The notes beneath the pieces were generated by a model that saw nothing but the letters and a program-made list of their open reading frames with translations, had not been told where the DNA came from and searched no databases. A program made the translations under genes and the position numbers. A DNA stretch of 64,000 nt. Origin: an uncultured cyanobacterium (GTDB taxonomy: Bacteria; Cyanobacteriota; Cyanobacteriia; Phormidesmidales; Phormidesmidaceae). The stretch covers positions 608,001 through 672,000 of the forward strand of contig CAWBZI010000004.1 in assembly GCA_963793265.1 (NCBI GenBank), in the 5' to 3' direction. Of the stretch, positions 1-9,739 are shown in pieces (position 1 is the first letter of the stretch; the number at the start of each line of letters is the position of its first letter).

Positions 1-656
1 TGGCGCGTTGGCTAGGTCAACAAGGGCATTATTTCTGTCTCCGTCAGAAGAAATCAACCTTCGTGCTGATTGAAGAGAAGCCCTGGATGAAGCTGGGTCA
101 ACTGGGCCTAACGCCAGGAACGAGATGTTTCTACAACGCCGTGACAATGACCAAAAGTAAGGGATTTGACCAAGCGCATTTGGTGGGCAAGTGGAAGCGT
201 CGGTATCAGGGCTTTGCACCAGCAGAGCCCTGGTTCTTATTGACTAATCTCGAAACGCTTGATGATGCGGTCGCGGCTTATCAGAAGCGGTTCGATATTG
301 AAGAGATGTTCCGCGACTTCAAGCTCGGTGGCTACCGTCTAGAAGACTGTCGAGCCAGCAAAAAACGCTTCATGGCGGTCGTTTTGCTGATCGCGATTGC
401 CTATCTATGCGCGTCGCGTCAAGGGCAACGGCTCAAGCAAACTGCCCTACAAAAGTATATCGCTAGGCCAGAGACAGTCGGTCGCCGGTATCGCCGACAC
501 AGTTTCTTTCATGTAGGCTTTGCGGCCCATCGATGGGTGCCTTTTTATCACGATTGCCAACAACAAATACAACGATTAATGGAACTCAATCGGGATAAAA
601 TTGAATATTATCTGAAGGGCCAGAAAGCTATGGAAGCCGTCATACGTGCCCTGTAG
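1..656 (+). CDS. IS4-family transposase, partial
   Basis: ORF 63..656 translation is identical to the C-terminal part of the copy 2 transposase. Confidence 0.9.
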   Translation, partial: ARWLGQQGHYFCLRQKKSTFVLIEEKPWMKLGQLGLTPGTRCFYNAVTMTKSKGFDQAHLVGKWKRRYQGFAPAEPWFLLTNLETLDDAVAAYQKRFDIEEMFRDFKLGGYRLEDCRASKKRFMAVVLLIAIAYLCASRQGQRLKQTALQKYIARPETVGRRYRRHSFFHVGFAAHRWVPFYHDCQQQIQRLMELNRDKIEYYLKGQKAMEAVIRAL

Positions 657-676
657 CCGTTGTGTCACCCCCTCAG
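1..676 (+). mobile_element. IS4-family (IS10-like) insertion sequence, copy 1, 5' part outside window
   Basis: DDE transposase C-terminus with YREK signature (YQKRFDIEEMFRDFK); ends in terminal IR GTTGTGTCACCCCCTCAG at 659-676; reverse complement of 14451-15126. Confidence 0.93.
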
Positions 677-1747
677 ATCGTCAGGATAAACTTTAGAACG
701 CGCCAAAAAATGATTGTGAGTCTCTATGTCCGTAAAAGTTGGTTCAACTGAGAAATCTAGCGTTCCATTCTTAGTCAAGTTATAAACTTTTATAAAAGGG
801 ATACCACCAGAACCAGAAAACAGATTGTCTTTAGAGGGAGTCGTACCTTTGGTAATGAAGTCAGACACTTCCTCGGCTCTTAAATAAAACCATTCAGAGG
901 GTAGTAAATCGTACGCTTTTAACCGTTCGTTATCTAGCTCTACAATGCTTTTTAGCTTTTGAGGCTTGCTCGGTTTCCGCCCTTCCTTTCCCCCAAACTC
1001 CCATTTCTCAACTGCCGTTTTCCACTCATCAAGCTGCTGCTGATAGCGCTCCTCGCGAGCCTGCTTAATTTGCGCTAGTAGCTGCGCGGCAGGCACCACC
1101 TTATCAGGATTATCGGCCCGCCACTGCGCCGTAAGCTTGCCTTCAAAAGCGTGTTTGAGCAGCGCTTGGCGATACACCTGCAATTGGGCCTTCGCCGTTT
1201 TCAGGCTTTCTACGCCCTTGTCGATTTCGGAGAAGAGTTCTTCGATTTTGGCGACGATGCGGTGTTGTTCGGCAAGAGGAGGAACAGCTATATCCGTCAA
1301 ACCCAACGTTCTTAAATAGATTCCCTTTTGAGCAGTTCCTTTAGCTTGCTTATTAAAATGAGCAGCTAAAGACGGTGACTCTAATTGGTACATCACAAAC
1401 TTAGGCAAAACCTCTAACGGCCTGATGACAGCAACGCTACGTTGAAGCGTAAATTTCTGTGATTCAGATGTAACGATTGCAGCTCGCCCGATAGCACCAA
1501 CGATAGTTAATAAAACATCACCCTGCCCGATTTGAGTCCTTTTATCTTCTCGAATAAAAGAATCTTCAGAGATCAATCTAAAGCTAGTAAAGTTAATTTT
1601 GTTCTGACTAATGTTGATAGCACTCAACATGGGCAATCCACTAGACTGCTTCTTCGGTGGATTATGAGAACCGTCAACAATCTTTGTACATATTTTCTTC
1701 AGAGAAGATACTTTCCAACTACTCGGCAACATCGAACCATTAATCAA
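677..1747 (-). pseudogene. hsdS: Type I R-M specificity subunit HsdS, truncated in TRD2 by IS
   Basis: LPSSW start, TRD1, conserved PPLAEQHRIVAKIEELFSEID...LLKHAFEGKLT spacer, second LPSEW TRD runs into the IS end at 676. Confidence 0.9.
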
Positions 1748-1825
1748 GCCACTAGCACCCCACTCAACTCCTCAATCTCCATCTCCAAATAACGCGCGCA
1801 TTTTTCCTAGCCCGCCCTTCTCATC
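1744..1825 (-). repeat. Degenerate duplicate of the hsdR 3' end
   Basis: Reads DEKGGLGKMRALFGD-(11-nt gap)-IEELSGVLVA*, versus DGKGGLGKMYALFGDEMDGLIEELNGVLVA* at 2552-2644. Confidence 0.85.
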
Positions 1826-1849
1826 AGGTGGAGTCTCTAATCATCTCGC

Positions 1850-2242
1850 TCAAAACCAATCAACAAGGCTCAAGCCTACCACCCGAGAAAACTCCCCTGT
1901 GTTATGAGTTACTAGCGTTGCACCTATCGAAACCGCTATTCCAGCAATCAACGTATCTATCGGCCCAATAGGGGTTCCGGCTTTTTCTAACTGGGCTCTA
2001 ACTCGCGCTGCGGCTACTGCGGCTGTCTGGTCAAACTCAGCGATTGCGACAGTCTGCATTAGCTGCGTGAGCTGCTGAGCTTGCCTCTTCGGGGCTTTAG
2101 ATTTTTCAATACCTACATGCAGCTCATAAAACGCAGCAATTGGGATTCTGATATCTTCTGGCGGTACCTTATCCATATTCTCAAACACCCGACCCTTCTC
2201 ATTAAACAAGTAGACCAGTATGTTGGTATCGAGTAAAAACAT
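1850..2242 (-). CDS. vapC: VapC-family PIN toxin
   Basis: MFLLDTNIL start, GTPIGPIDTLIAG, LVTHNTGEFSRV motifs. Confidence 0.92.
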   Translation of the reverse strand: MFLLDTNILVYLFNEKGRVFENMDKVPPEDIRIPIAAFYELHVGIEKSKAPKRQAQQLTQLMQTVAIAEFDQTAAVAAARVRAQLEKAGTPIGPIDTLIAGIAVSIGATLVTHNTGEFSRVVGLSLVDWF

Positions 2243-2512
2243 CTACCAGATTTCCCTGGGTACGTCCTCACCTTCTCCGGCCCTAATTTCCTCTAGCGAT
2301 GGGAAATCATCATCCTTCCACGCACCCGATAAGGAGGATAATAGGTTGTGCCAAGCCGTCATCTTCTCATCGTGGCTCATCTTTTCCGACACAGGCTCTA
2401 CTGCTGTGTCTTTAGGCTTCGCCTGTACAGACTTTACAAAATCTAAAACCTTAGCCGCCTGCTCCTCCGGCAACGTCTGCACTATCTCATAAATCCTGTC
2501 TGCAATAGTCAT
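2243..2512 (-). CDS. Putative antitoxin (DUF2281-like)
   Basis: Small ORF abutting vapC; LPEEQAAKVLDFV N-terminus and acidic C-terminus. Confidence 0.75.
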   Translation of the reverse strand: MTIADRIYEIVQTLPEEQAAKVLDFVKSVQAKPKDTAVEPVSEKMSHDEKMTAWHNLLSSLSGAWKDDDFPSLEEIRAGEGEDVPREIW

Positions 2513-2551
2513 ATCCAAGCCCTCCTATCTAACACTGATAACTCTTCTAGC

Positions 2552-5371
2552 TTAAGCCACCAGCACCCCATTCAACTCCTCAATCAACCCATCCATCTCA
2601 TCCCCAAACAGCGCATACATCTTCCCCAGTCCGCCCTTCCCATCAAACGGCGACATCTCCAAATCATCCCGCTCAAAATGAAACGAGCCCATCACATGGT
2701 CGCGAATCATATGCAGCCAGTCCATCTGATCTTCATCAAACTTCGCCCCGCCCCCCGCATGAGCCGCCATCACCCAGTTTTGAAAATTCCGCCTTACCAT
2801 CGTCTCATAGCGCGTTAGCTCATCATCAATTCCCGTCACCCGCTGAATTAACCCCACCAACGCCGTTAGCTCATTCATCGGCCTCTCCGACCCTCCATCC
2901 AAAAGCTGATACGCCTGCCAAACCCGCAGCGGCGCAACATTAGGCCGATCCGCCCGTAGCCTCGCCAGCACCACCCGCACCATTTCAAACGTCACCTCCC
3001 GCCTGCGCTGCGGCTGCCGAAAATAAATACTCAGCGCCTCAATCTCATCCTGATGCTCCCGCAAATAGTCCTCAAACTTTTGCACCAGCGCCTGCGCATT
3101 CCCCTCCGAATTGCCCGCCCACTCAGACGCCAGCACCTCATCCAAATTGTCAAGATCAATCGTCTGCTCCCGGTCTTTACGAATTCCCTCCAGCAGCGAA
3201 ATCAAATCTCCATTGAGCAAACGCCCCGCCGCCTGACACAAATTCAACTGCGCCACCTCCAAAGCCGCCTCATCTGGCTCCGTCATCTCAGCAGGCAAAT
3301 CCTCCCGCGCCTTCGCCTCCACCACATCAGGATCAATCACCTCAAAAAGCTGCCGCACCAAAGACCGCAGCGGCATTCCATCATTTTGCTCAGCGACGCG
3401 CGATCGCTCCTCCTCACTTAGCTGCCGATCCAGCCGCGCCAGCCTTCCAGCCAAAGACGACACCATATCCGCATCGCCCGAGCCCATCATCACCCCCATC
3501 GCCAAATCACGAAAAGGAACAGAAGGCCGCGTAATCAGCGGTTGGCTCGGCGTTTTGAGCGATCGCGTCACCCCCACTGCATCCACAATGACATAGTGCG
3601 TCTTGGCCGAGCTGGCCGAAGGCGTCACCCTTTTCAGGTCATCCTCCCCCAGCGTCCGCGTCCCACGCCCCTTCATCTGCTCGAAGTAATTACGGCTTTT
3701 CACATCCCGCATAAACAACAAACACTCCAACGGCTTCACATCCGTACCCGTCGCAATCATATTCACCGTCACCGCAATCCGAGGATAGTAGTCATTGCGA
3801 AAGCTCGCCAAAATCGTATCCGGGTCGCTGCCTGCTTCTACCACCGCGCCCGCCTCATCTAAGCTGTCCTCACTCGCCTTGTAAGTCACCTTCTTACAAA
3901 ACGCATTGCTCTCCCCAAACTCAGCGCGAACCGTGCGAATAATATCATCCGCATGGCTGTCCGTCTTCGCAAAAATCAGCGTCTTCGGCACCTCCGTTCG
4001 CCCCGGAAACAGCACCGGCCACTTCTCTTTGAATTCGCGCACCACGCTGCGAATCTGATCAGGATTCACCACCGTCCGATCGAGCTGAGCCCCCGAGTAG
4101 TCCTGCAGCTCATCGCTAATCTCTCAGCGCTTGCGGCGCGTTAGCTTCTCTCGCTTTTGCACCTGCTGGCCCTCAACAATGCGATCGCCCTGCTGCGTAA
4201 TCCGCGTCTCAATCCGGTACACCTCATTACCCACATTCACCCCGTCAGCTACCGCCCGCTCGTGGCTGTATTCCGACACCACGTTCTTATTGAAAAAGCC
4301 AAACGTGCGATTATCCGGCGTCGCCGTTAGCCCAATCAAGAACGCATCAAAATAGTCCAGCACCTGCTGCCATACGTTGTAAATAGAGCGGTGGCACTCG
4401 TCTATATAAATAAAGTCAAAAAAGTCCGGCGTAATCCTGGCGTCATAGCTCACCGGCAGAGGCTCTTTTCGTCCTACATAGGCTTCCGACGAATCAACCT
4501 CATCTGCCTCACTCAGCGGCGTCCCTTTCAGAATCGAATACAGCCTTTGAATCGTACAGACCACCACCTGCGCATTCTCTGCAATGTAGGGCGACGTGGG
4601 GCGCTGCACCGAATACAGCTCAGAAAACTTGCGATTGTCGTCACTCGGCGTAAACGCCATCATCTCTTGCTCAGCTTGCTTACCCAAATTTTTGGTATCG
4701 ACTAAAAACAGAATCCGCTTTGCCCGCACGGGTGCTTTTAGTAGCCGGTGCATAGAGGTAATGGCCGTGAATGTCTTACCTGCGCCGGTTGCCATTTGGA
4801 TAAGCGATCGCGTTTTCCCCGCCTTCAGCGATTCTTCTAGCCGAGCGATCGCCTGCTCCTGACAATCCCTTAGCCCCAGCTCAGCCGCCGGTAATTGCTG
4901 TGGGTTTAAGGGTTCTAACTGCTGTAGGCGCGATCGCAAAGGCTCCTGATTCAGCAGCCTTTCCACCCCCTGCGGACTGTGAAAGTGAAACACCTCCCGC
5001 GATCTGGCCTTCGGCTCACGACCATCCGTAAACTGCGTCACCGTCCCCGTACTCTCATACAAAAACGGCAGCGGCCGATCGTTCTTTATCCACTTCAGCT
5101 TCGCCGCCGCATAGTCCGCCGTCTGCGTTTCATGCGTCGTCAGCCGTACCGCCTCCGTTTCCTTTTTCGCCTCAATCACACCCACCGGCAAGCGATTTAC
5201 AAACAGCACATAGTCCGCCGGGCCAACATCCGTTTGATACTCTCGCACCGCCACCCCTACCGCCGCCGATAGATCAATTCGGCGCTTAGGCTGCACCACC
5301 CAACCGGCAGCGCACAGCATGGCATCAACGCGATCGCGAGCAATCTGTTCTGGATTTTGGTTGAGCGCCAT
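2552..5371 (-). pseudogene. hsdR: Type I R-M restriction subunit HsdR (EcoEI_R_C type) with one in-frame TGA at 4124-4126
   Basis: IEAK nuclease motif, ATGAGKT Walker A, DECH, QMKGRGTR; ORFs 4124..5392 and 2552..4072 are in the same frame, separated by a single stop. Confidence 0.92.
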
Positions 5372-5491
5372 ACAAGAAAAGTGTGAAACCAATCTACATG
5401 CTGGCAGCTAAGCAAAGGTTGTTACTGTGATTGCAATCAATTTTGCTTGAAATATTGATGAAGCATTCTCTTTTATCCCTATCTCTTTTGC

Positions 5492-6208
5492 CTACGTCGT
5501 TACCAATCCATTCTCTAGCGCATAGCGAACCAGCTCAGTCCGGCTATTCGTACCCGTTTTGCCAAACAACCGGCTCACGTACTTCTCCACATTGCGCACC
5601 GTAGTCCCCAATCGGCTCGCAATCTCTTTGTTCATCAGCCCTTCAGCCACCAAATCAAGCACATCCTGCTCACGCGGCGTAAAGTCGATTTTAATACCGC
5701 TATTATTTTGCTTAATCATGCTGCCGCGCTGAGTGAGCAAGGCTTTAATTTCCTCAATTTGCCGGGCCATAGTGACGATGTCGGGCGTTGCCGAAGGATC
5801 GGGGGCTTGAGCAGCGCGGCGATCGATGAGGCTGTTGAGGATGGCGACGAGTTCTTCGGGGTCAAAGGGTTTTGGGAGGTAGGCATCGGCACCGGCTTTG
5901 TAGCCCTGGATGCGATCGCTCGTCATCCCCCGAGCCGTCAAAAACACCACTGGTAGCCCCTGAAAGCGGGCATCTTCGCGCACCTGCTTCAAAAACTGAT
6001 AGCCGTCTACCTGCGGCATCATAATGTCAGAAATCAGCACGTTTGGCGTATCTTGCTGCAATAAGTCCCAGCCTTCAGAGGCATTGCTGGCCACGCGCAC
6101 CTGAAAATTACTGTCTTCTAGATAAGCCTGCACCGACTCGCGCAGGCCCGGTTCATCGTCAACCAGTAAAACTTTGCTGGGCGTAGTCTCAGGAGCAGTA
6201 TCAGCCAT
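5492..6208 (-). CDS. NarL/LuxR-family response regulator (Ycf29/Rre1-like)
   Basis: REC domain (LLVDDE, DIMMP, KPF) and LuxR HTH (TPREQDVL...NKEIA); start placed at MADTAPE. Confidence 0.88.
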   Translation of the reverse strand: MADTAPETTPSKVLLVDDEPGLRESVQAYLEDSNFQVRVASNASEGWDLLQQDTPNVLISDIMMPQVDGYQFLKQVREDARFQGLPVVFLTARGMTSDRIQGYKAGADAYLPKPFDPEELVAILNSLIDRRAAQAPDPSATPDIVTMARQIEEIKALLTQRGSMIKQNNSGIKIDFTPREQDVLDLVAEGLMNKEIASRLGTTVRNVEKYVSRLFGKTGTNSRTELVRYALENGLVTT

Positions 6209-6277
6209 GGTGCATTCGATGGTTATTTGGTATGTAGATGATACCGCTATGTTTGCCGCCAAAAAAACTACCTTACT

Positions 6278-6826
6278 ATGCAGAAATCCGTACAGAAATG
6301 GAAAACGCTCAGCTCCAAACTGGTATTTGACAACCGCTGGTACCGCTTGCGGCAAGACGTCGTGTCTTTGCCGAATGGCCATATTGTCGATGACTTTTTC
6401 GTGAGCCTGCGGCCAGATATTGCAACCGTGCTGCCGATTACTGCCGATGAAGAGGTGGTATTCGTACGCCAGTATCGACATGGCATCGGAGAAATTTTGC
6501 TAGAGCTGCCCGCCGGAACATTTGAGGCTGAAGAGGAGCCGCTAGCGGTGGCGAAAAGGGAGCTAGCAGAAGAAACGGGATATGTGGCTGAGGACTGGGC
6601 GCAGGTGGCTACCTTTTACAACAGCCCTGTCAAGCAAAACAACCGCATTCATTTATTCAAAGCGCAAAACGTGCAGCTTACCAGCGCCCAGCAGCTAGAC
6701 GTGACAGAAGACATTGAGGTGGTGCTTAAGCCAATAGCCGCGATTCCAGCGCTGATTGCCTCAGGCGAAATCTGCGTGGCGGGTACGATTGCAGCCCTAG
6801 CACTGGGCCTGCCTTCACTGCGTTAA
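6278..6826 (+). CDS. NUDIX hydrolase (ADP-ribose pyrophosphatase-like)
   Basis: Nudix box GTFEAEEEPLAVAKRELAEETGY; RQYR motif. Confidence 0.9.
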   Translation: MQKSVQKWKTLSSKLVFDNRWYRLRQDVVSLPNGHIVDDFFVSLRPDIATVLPITADEEVVFVRQYRHGIGEILLELPAGTFEAEEEPLAVAKRELAEETGYVAEDWAQVATFYNSPVKQNNRIHLFKAQNVQLTSAQQLDVTEDIEVVLKPIAAIPALIASGEICVAGTIAALALGLPSLR

Positions 6827-6962
6827 GAAACCTTGCAATATGCATATATTAAAAAATCTACTAAACTCCCATCGGGATACCGGGGATTGTGGCAAAATCT
6901 ACACAAGAAGTTCTGATGAACAAATCTGTAAACACTACGAAATTCACGAGGTCACGCTAACT

Positions 6963-7604
6963 ATGCCACTCCAACTAGGCGACATCGCTCCCGACTTTAC
7001 GCAAAAGTCCTCCATGGGCGAGATTAATTTTCATGATTGGGCAGGCGATAGCTGGGTTGTGCTCTTTTCTCACCCCGCTGACTACACCCCCGTTTGCACG
7101 ACCGAGCTAGGCTTAGTCGGCTCTTTGCAAGAAGAGTTCAAAAAGCGCAACGTCAAAACGATCGCGCTCAGCGTTGATGGTGTCGAGTCTCACAAAGGCT
7201 GGATTAACGACATCAACGAAACGCAGAATACAAACGTCAACTACCCCATCTTGGCTGATGATGATAAGAAAGTAGCCACTCTTTACGGGATGCTTCAGCC
7301 TAAGTCCGATGCGGGCAACACGCTAACTGTGCGCTCCGTATTCGTCATCGATCCCAACAAAAAGATCCGTTTGACGATTACCTACCCTGCTAGCACAGGC
7401 CGTAACTTCGACGAAATCTTGCGCGTGATCGACTCCTTGCAGCTCACTGACTACCACAAGGTTGCCACCCCCGGTAACTGGAAGGATGGTGGCGATTGTG
7501 TCGTTGTGCCTTCTATCTCTACTGAAGATGCGAAGAAGCAGTTTCCTAAAGGCGTTACTGAAGTGAAGCCTTATTTGCGCATGACACCTCAGCCTAATAA
7601 GTAG
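6963..7604 (+). CDS. 1-Cys peroxiredoxin (Prx6)
   Basis: FSHPADYTPVCTTE active site; GRNFDEILR. Confidence 0.95.
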   Translation: MPLQLGDIAPDFTQKSSMGEINFHDWAGDSWVVLFSHPADYTPVCTTELGLVGSLQEEFKKRNVKTIALSVDGVESHKGWINDINETQNTNVNYPILADDDKKVATLYGMLQPKSDAGNTLTVRSVFVIDPNKKIRLTITYPASTGRNFDEILRVIDSLQLTDYHKVATPGNWKDGGDCVVVPSISTEDAKKQFPKGVTEVKPYLRMTPQPNK

Positions 7605-7630
7605 ATTGTCAGTAGATAGCTAAGTAAAGA

Positions 7631-7673
7631 AAAAGGGCGCTGTGGATTAATTTCACAGCGCCCTTTTGTTTTT
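7631..7673. terminator. Rho-independent terminator, probably bidirectional
   Basis: AAAAGGGCGCTGTG-loop-CACAGCGCCCTTTT between convergent genes. Confidence 0.85.
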
Positions 7674-7693
7674 CCCAAAATCTTCGTTAGCGG

Positions 7694-8305
7694 CTACAGC
7701 CCATTAATAGCCGTAATTTCTATCTCATCACCAAACTGAGAGAACCACACTGCACCATTCCCAATCATCGCGCCCTGATAGTTGGCGAATAAGTCGGCGT
7801 ACCGAGCCGCTGCCATGGCCTCAATCACATCGGGCGTCACGACCTGCTCGTAGTTAGCTAGCAAGTCAGACGCGGTTTCGTATGTATCTATCGGTTCGCC
7901 TGCGTCATAGGTGGTAAAAGGATAACGAACCAGACTGGCGATAGTTTCTTTGTCTCCTGCGCTGGCTGCTTCGCGCATCTTGGCTATAAAGTCTTTCGTG
8001 GCCTGCGGGTCTTCTATGCCTGCAACCGCAAGGCGCTCGGTGACTGCTTTTTCTGCTTCGGTTGGCTCGGGTGCGATCGCTACAACACCCCCCGAGCCCG
8101 TATCTGCTTCAACAGGCGGGATTGGGCTCTGATTCGATACAGGCGGTGCAGGTGCAACAGCAGCGGGCTCAGGTATTGGATCAGGGATAGGATTTGTTGG
8201 AGCTGGGGGCTCCGGCTGTCCGCAACCGTATGCTGCAAGTAATAGACAGCTTCCAAGCAGCCAAGAAAATGTGCGTGTAGCGTAAAGACTTTTGGGGGCA
8301 ATCAT
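7694..8305 (-). CDS. Hypothetical lipoprotein
   Basis: Lipobox-like LAAYGC, Pro-rich linker, C-terminal NYQGAMIGNGAVWF domain. Confidence 0.7.
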   Translation of the reverse strand: MIAPKSLYATRTFSWLLGSCLLLAAYGCGQPEPPAPTNPIPDPIPEPAAVAPAPPVSNQSPIPPVEADTGSGGVVAIAPEPTEAEKAVTERLAVAGIEDPQATKDFIAKMREAASAGDKETIASLVRYPFTTYDAGEPIDTYETASDLLANYEQVVTPDVIEAMAAARYADLFANYQGAMIGNGAVWFSQFGDEIEITAINGL

Positions 8306-8364
8306 ACTAAATGTGTTTCTCTTAAGAACTTTACATCGCGAGCCTAACCACGATAGGGCATAGG

Positions 8365-9690
8365 CTAAACCACGTCTTCAGACTGGCGAACAGCGATTTC
8401 TTGATGATGTAGGCTCGTCATCGCAACTTCCCAGGGAAAAGTGAACGACTGGAAAGACTCAGGCGAGATCTTATCAATGTCTAGGTCAATAACAACCTGC
8501 CGCAAAATCGAGAATAGCTCCTGCCGCAACTTTTGCAGTTCGGCAAACGTTCTAGCCTGCTCTACCTGCTCAATAAGCGCCAGAATCTCTAAGTTGTAAT
8601 CGTCTGCTCGATTCTTTTGCCTGCCGATTAGCCACAGCCGAAACTGCCATACGCCCGAGAATCCTAGAATACTTAGCGAGAGTAGCAAACCCATGGTTTC
8701 GGCATACTCTACAAAAAAGGGCGGCGTGTCTTGGGTGTAATAAGCCTGCGCACCAGGATGTAGCGGAAACCCAAGGTTTTGACTGGCCTCGGGCGATTGA
8801 ATGCTAGCCGCTCTAGGGTTAACGCTAATCAGCTCGTTGCGATGCTCGTAGAGGGTGGCAGTAACCGCTTTGACAATCTCAGGATCGACTTTCTCGTTAG
8901 CAATCAAAAGCGCGCTGACTGAAATTACGGGCAAGTCGGTCGGTGGTAAAGGCTGGCTGCCGTCATAGCTGCCCTGAGGAATGACGGTGGACTGTAGGTA
9001 GGGCTGAGTGAGCTGTAGTGCGCCAATGCGGTTGATGGCAATTAGGTTAAATTGGGTGGTTCTAAGGAGTTCTCCGACGGCTGGATTGCCTAAGCCGATA
9101 ATTTGAAAGAGGGCATCAACCTCTCCTTTTTTGAGCGCCTGGTGAGCTTGGGCGACGGGTAAAGGCTGAGTGTTGAAGTCTTGTTCAAAAAGGCCGTAGT
9201 GACTCGCTAAGGGCCAAAAGAGTTCGTACGATCCGCTGCCGGTCGGCATTAGGGCAATGCGTTTGCCTTTTAGATCAGAGACGTTTTGAATATTGGCGTC
9301 TTTGCTGGCGATTAGGTGAAAGAGTTCTGGATATAGCTGGGCGACGGCTCTGACGGCAGGCTGTACGGGTGTGTCACTTTGCACTAGAGCCATGTCGGCT
9401 TCGGCAGCTTGCACGCTATTCATGTTTTGCGCAGAACCTGCAGCTTCAACAACTTCGATACGGATGTTTGGATTGTGTTTTTGAGTGACTTGCGCGATCG
9501 CCTCTCCAAAGGCATAGTACTCACCCGTTTGTCCGCCAGTTGCCAGGCGAACTACATGAACTTGTTTGTGCGATCGCAACAACAACCCCGCACATATTGC
9601 AGTCGCCAACACACTTAATCCAATCAGCGAAACCTGTAACCCACGCCCACCATCCGCCGCCTTTTTAACCCGCTTACCCAGTGATTTCAC
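8365..9690 (-). CDS. TAXI-family TRAP solute-binding protein with C-terminal TM extension
   Basis: LATGGQTGEYY, GSAQN, FPLHPGAQAYY motifs. Confidence 0.85.
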   Translation of the reverse strand: MKSLGKRVKKAADGGRGLQVSLIGLSVLATAICAGLLLRSHKQVHVVRLATGGQTGEYYAFGEAIAQVTQKHNPNIRIEVVEAAGSAQNMNSVQAAEADMALVQSDTPVQPAVRAVAQLYPELFHLIASKDANIQNVSDLKGKRIALMPTGSGSYELFWPLASHYGLFEQDFNTQPLPVAQAHQALKKGEVDALFQIIGLGNPAVGELLRTTQFNLIAINRIGALQLTQPYLQSTVIPQGSYDGSQPLPPTDLPVISVSALLIANEKVDPEIVKAVTATLYEHRNELISVNPRAASIQSPEASQNLGFPLHPGAQAYYTQDTPPFFVEYAETMGLLLSLSILGFSGVWQFRLWLIGRQKNRADDYNLEILALIEQVEQARTFAELQKLRQELFSILRQVVIDLDIDKISPESFQSFTFPWEVAMTSLHHQEIAVRQSEDVV

Positions 9691-9739
9691 AACTTAGCAC
9701 CCTACGAAACACTCAGGAAAAGAACGCTGCTTTAGCCAT

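Noticed and set aside
4124..4126. Selenocysteine or recoded TGA in hsdR
   Set aside because: The position fits Trp rather than Cys, other genes use TGA as stop, and partner hsd genes are also broken
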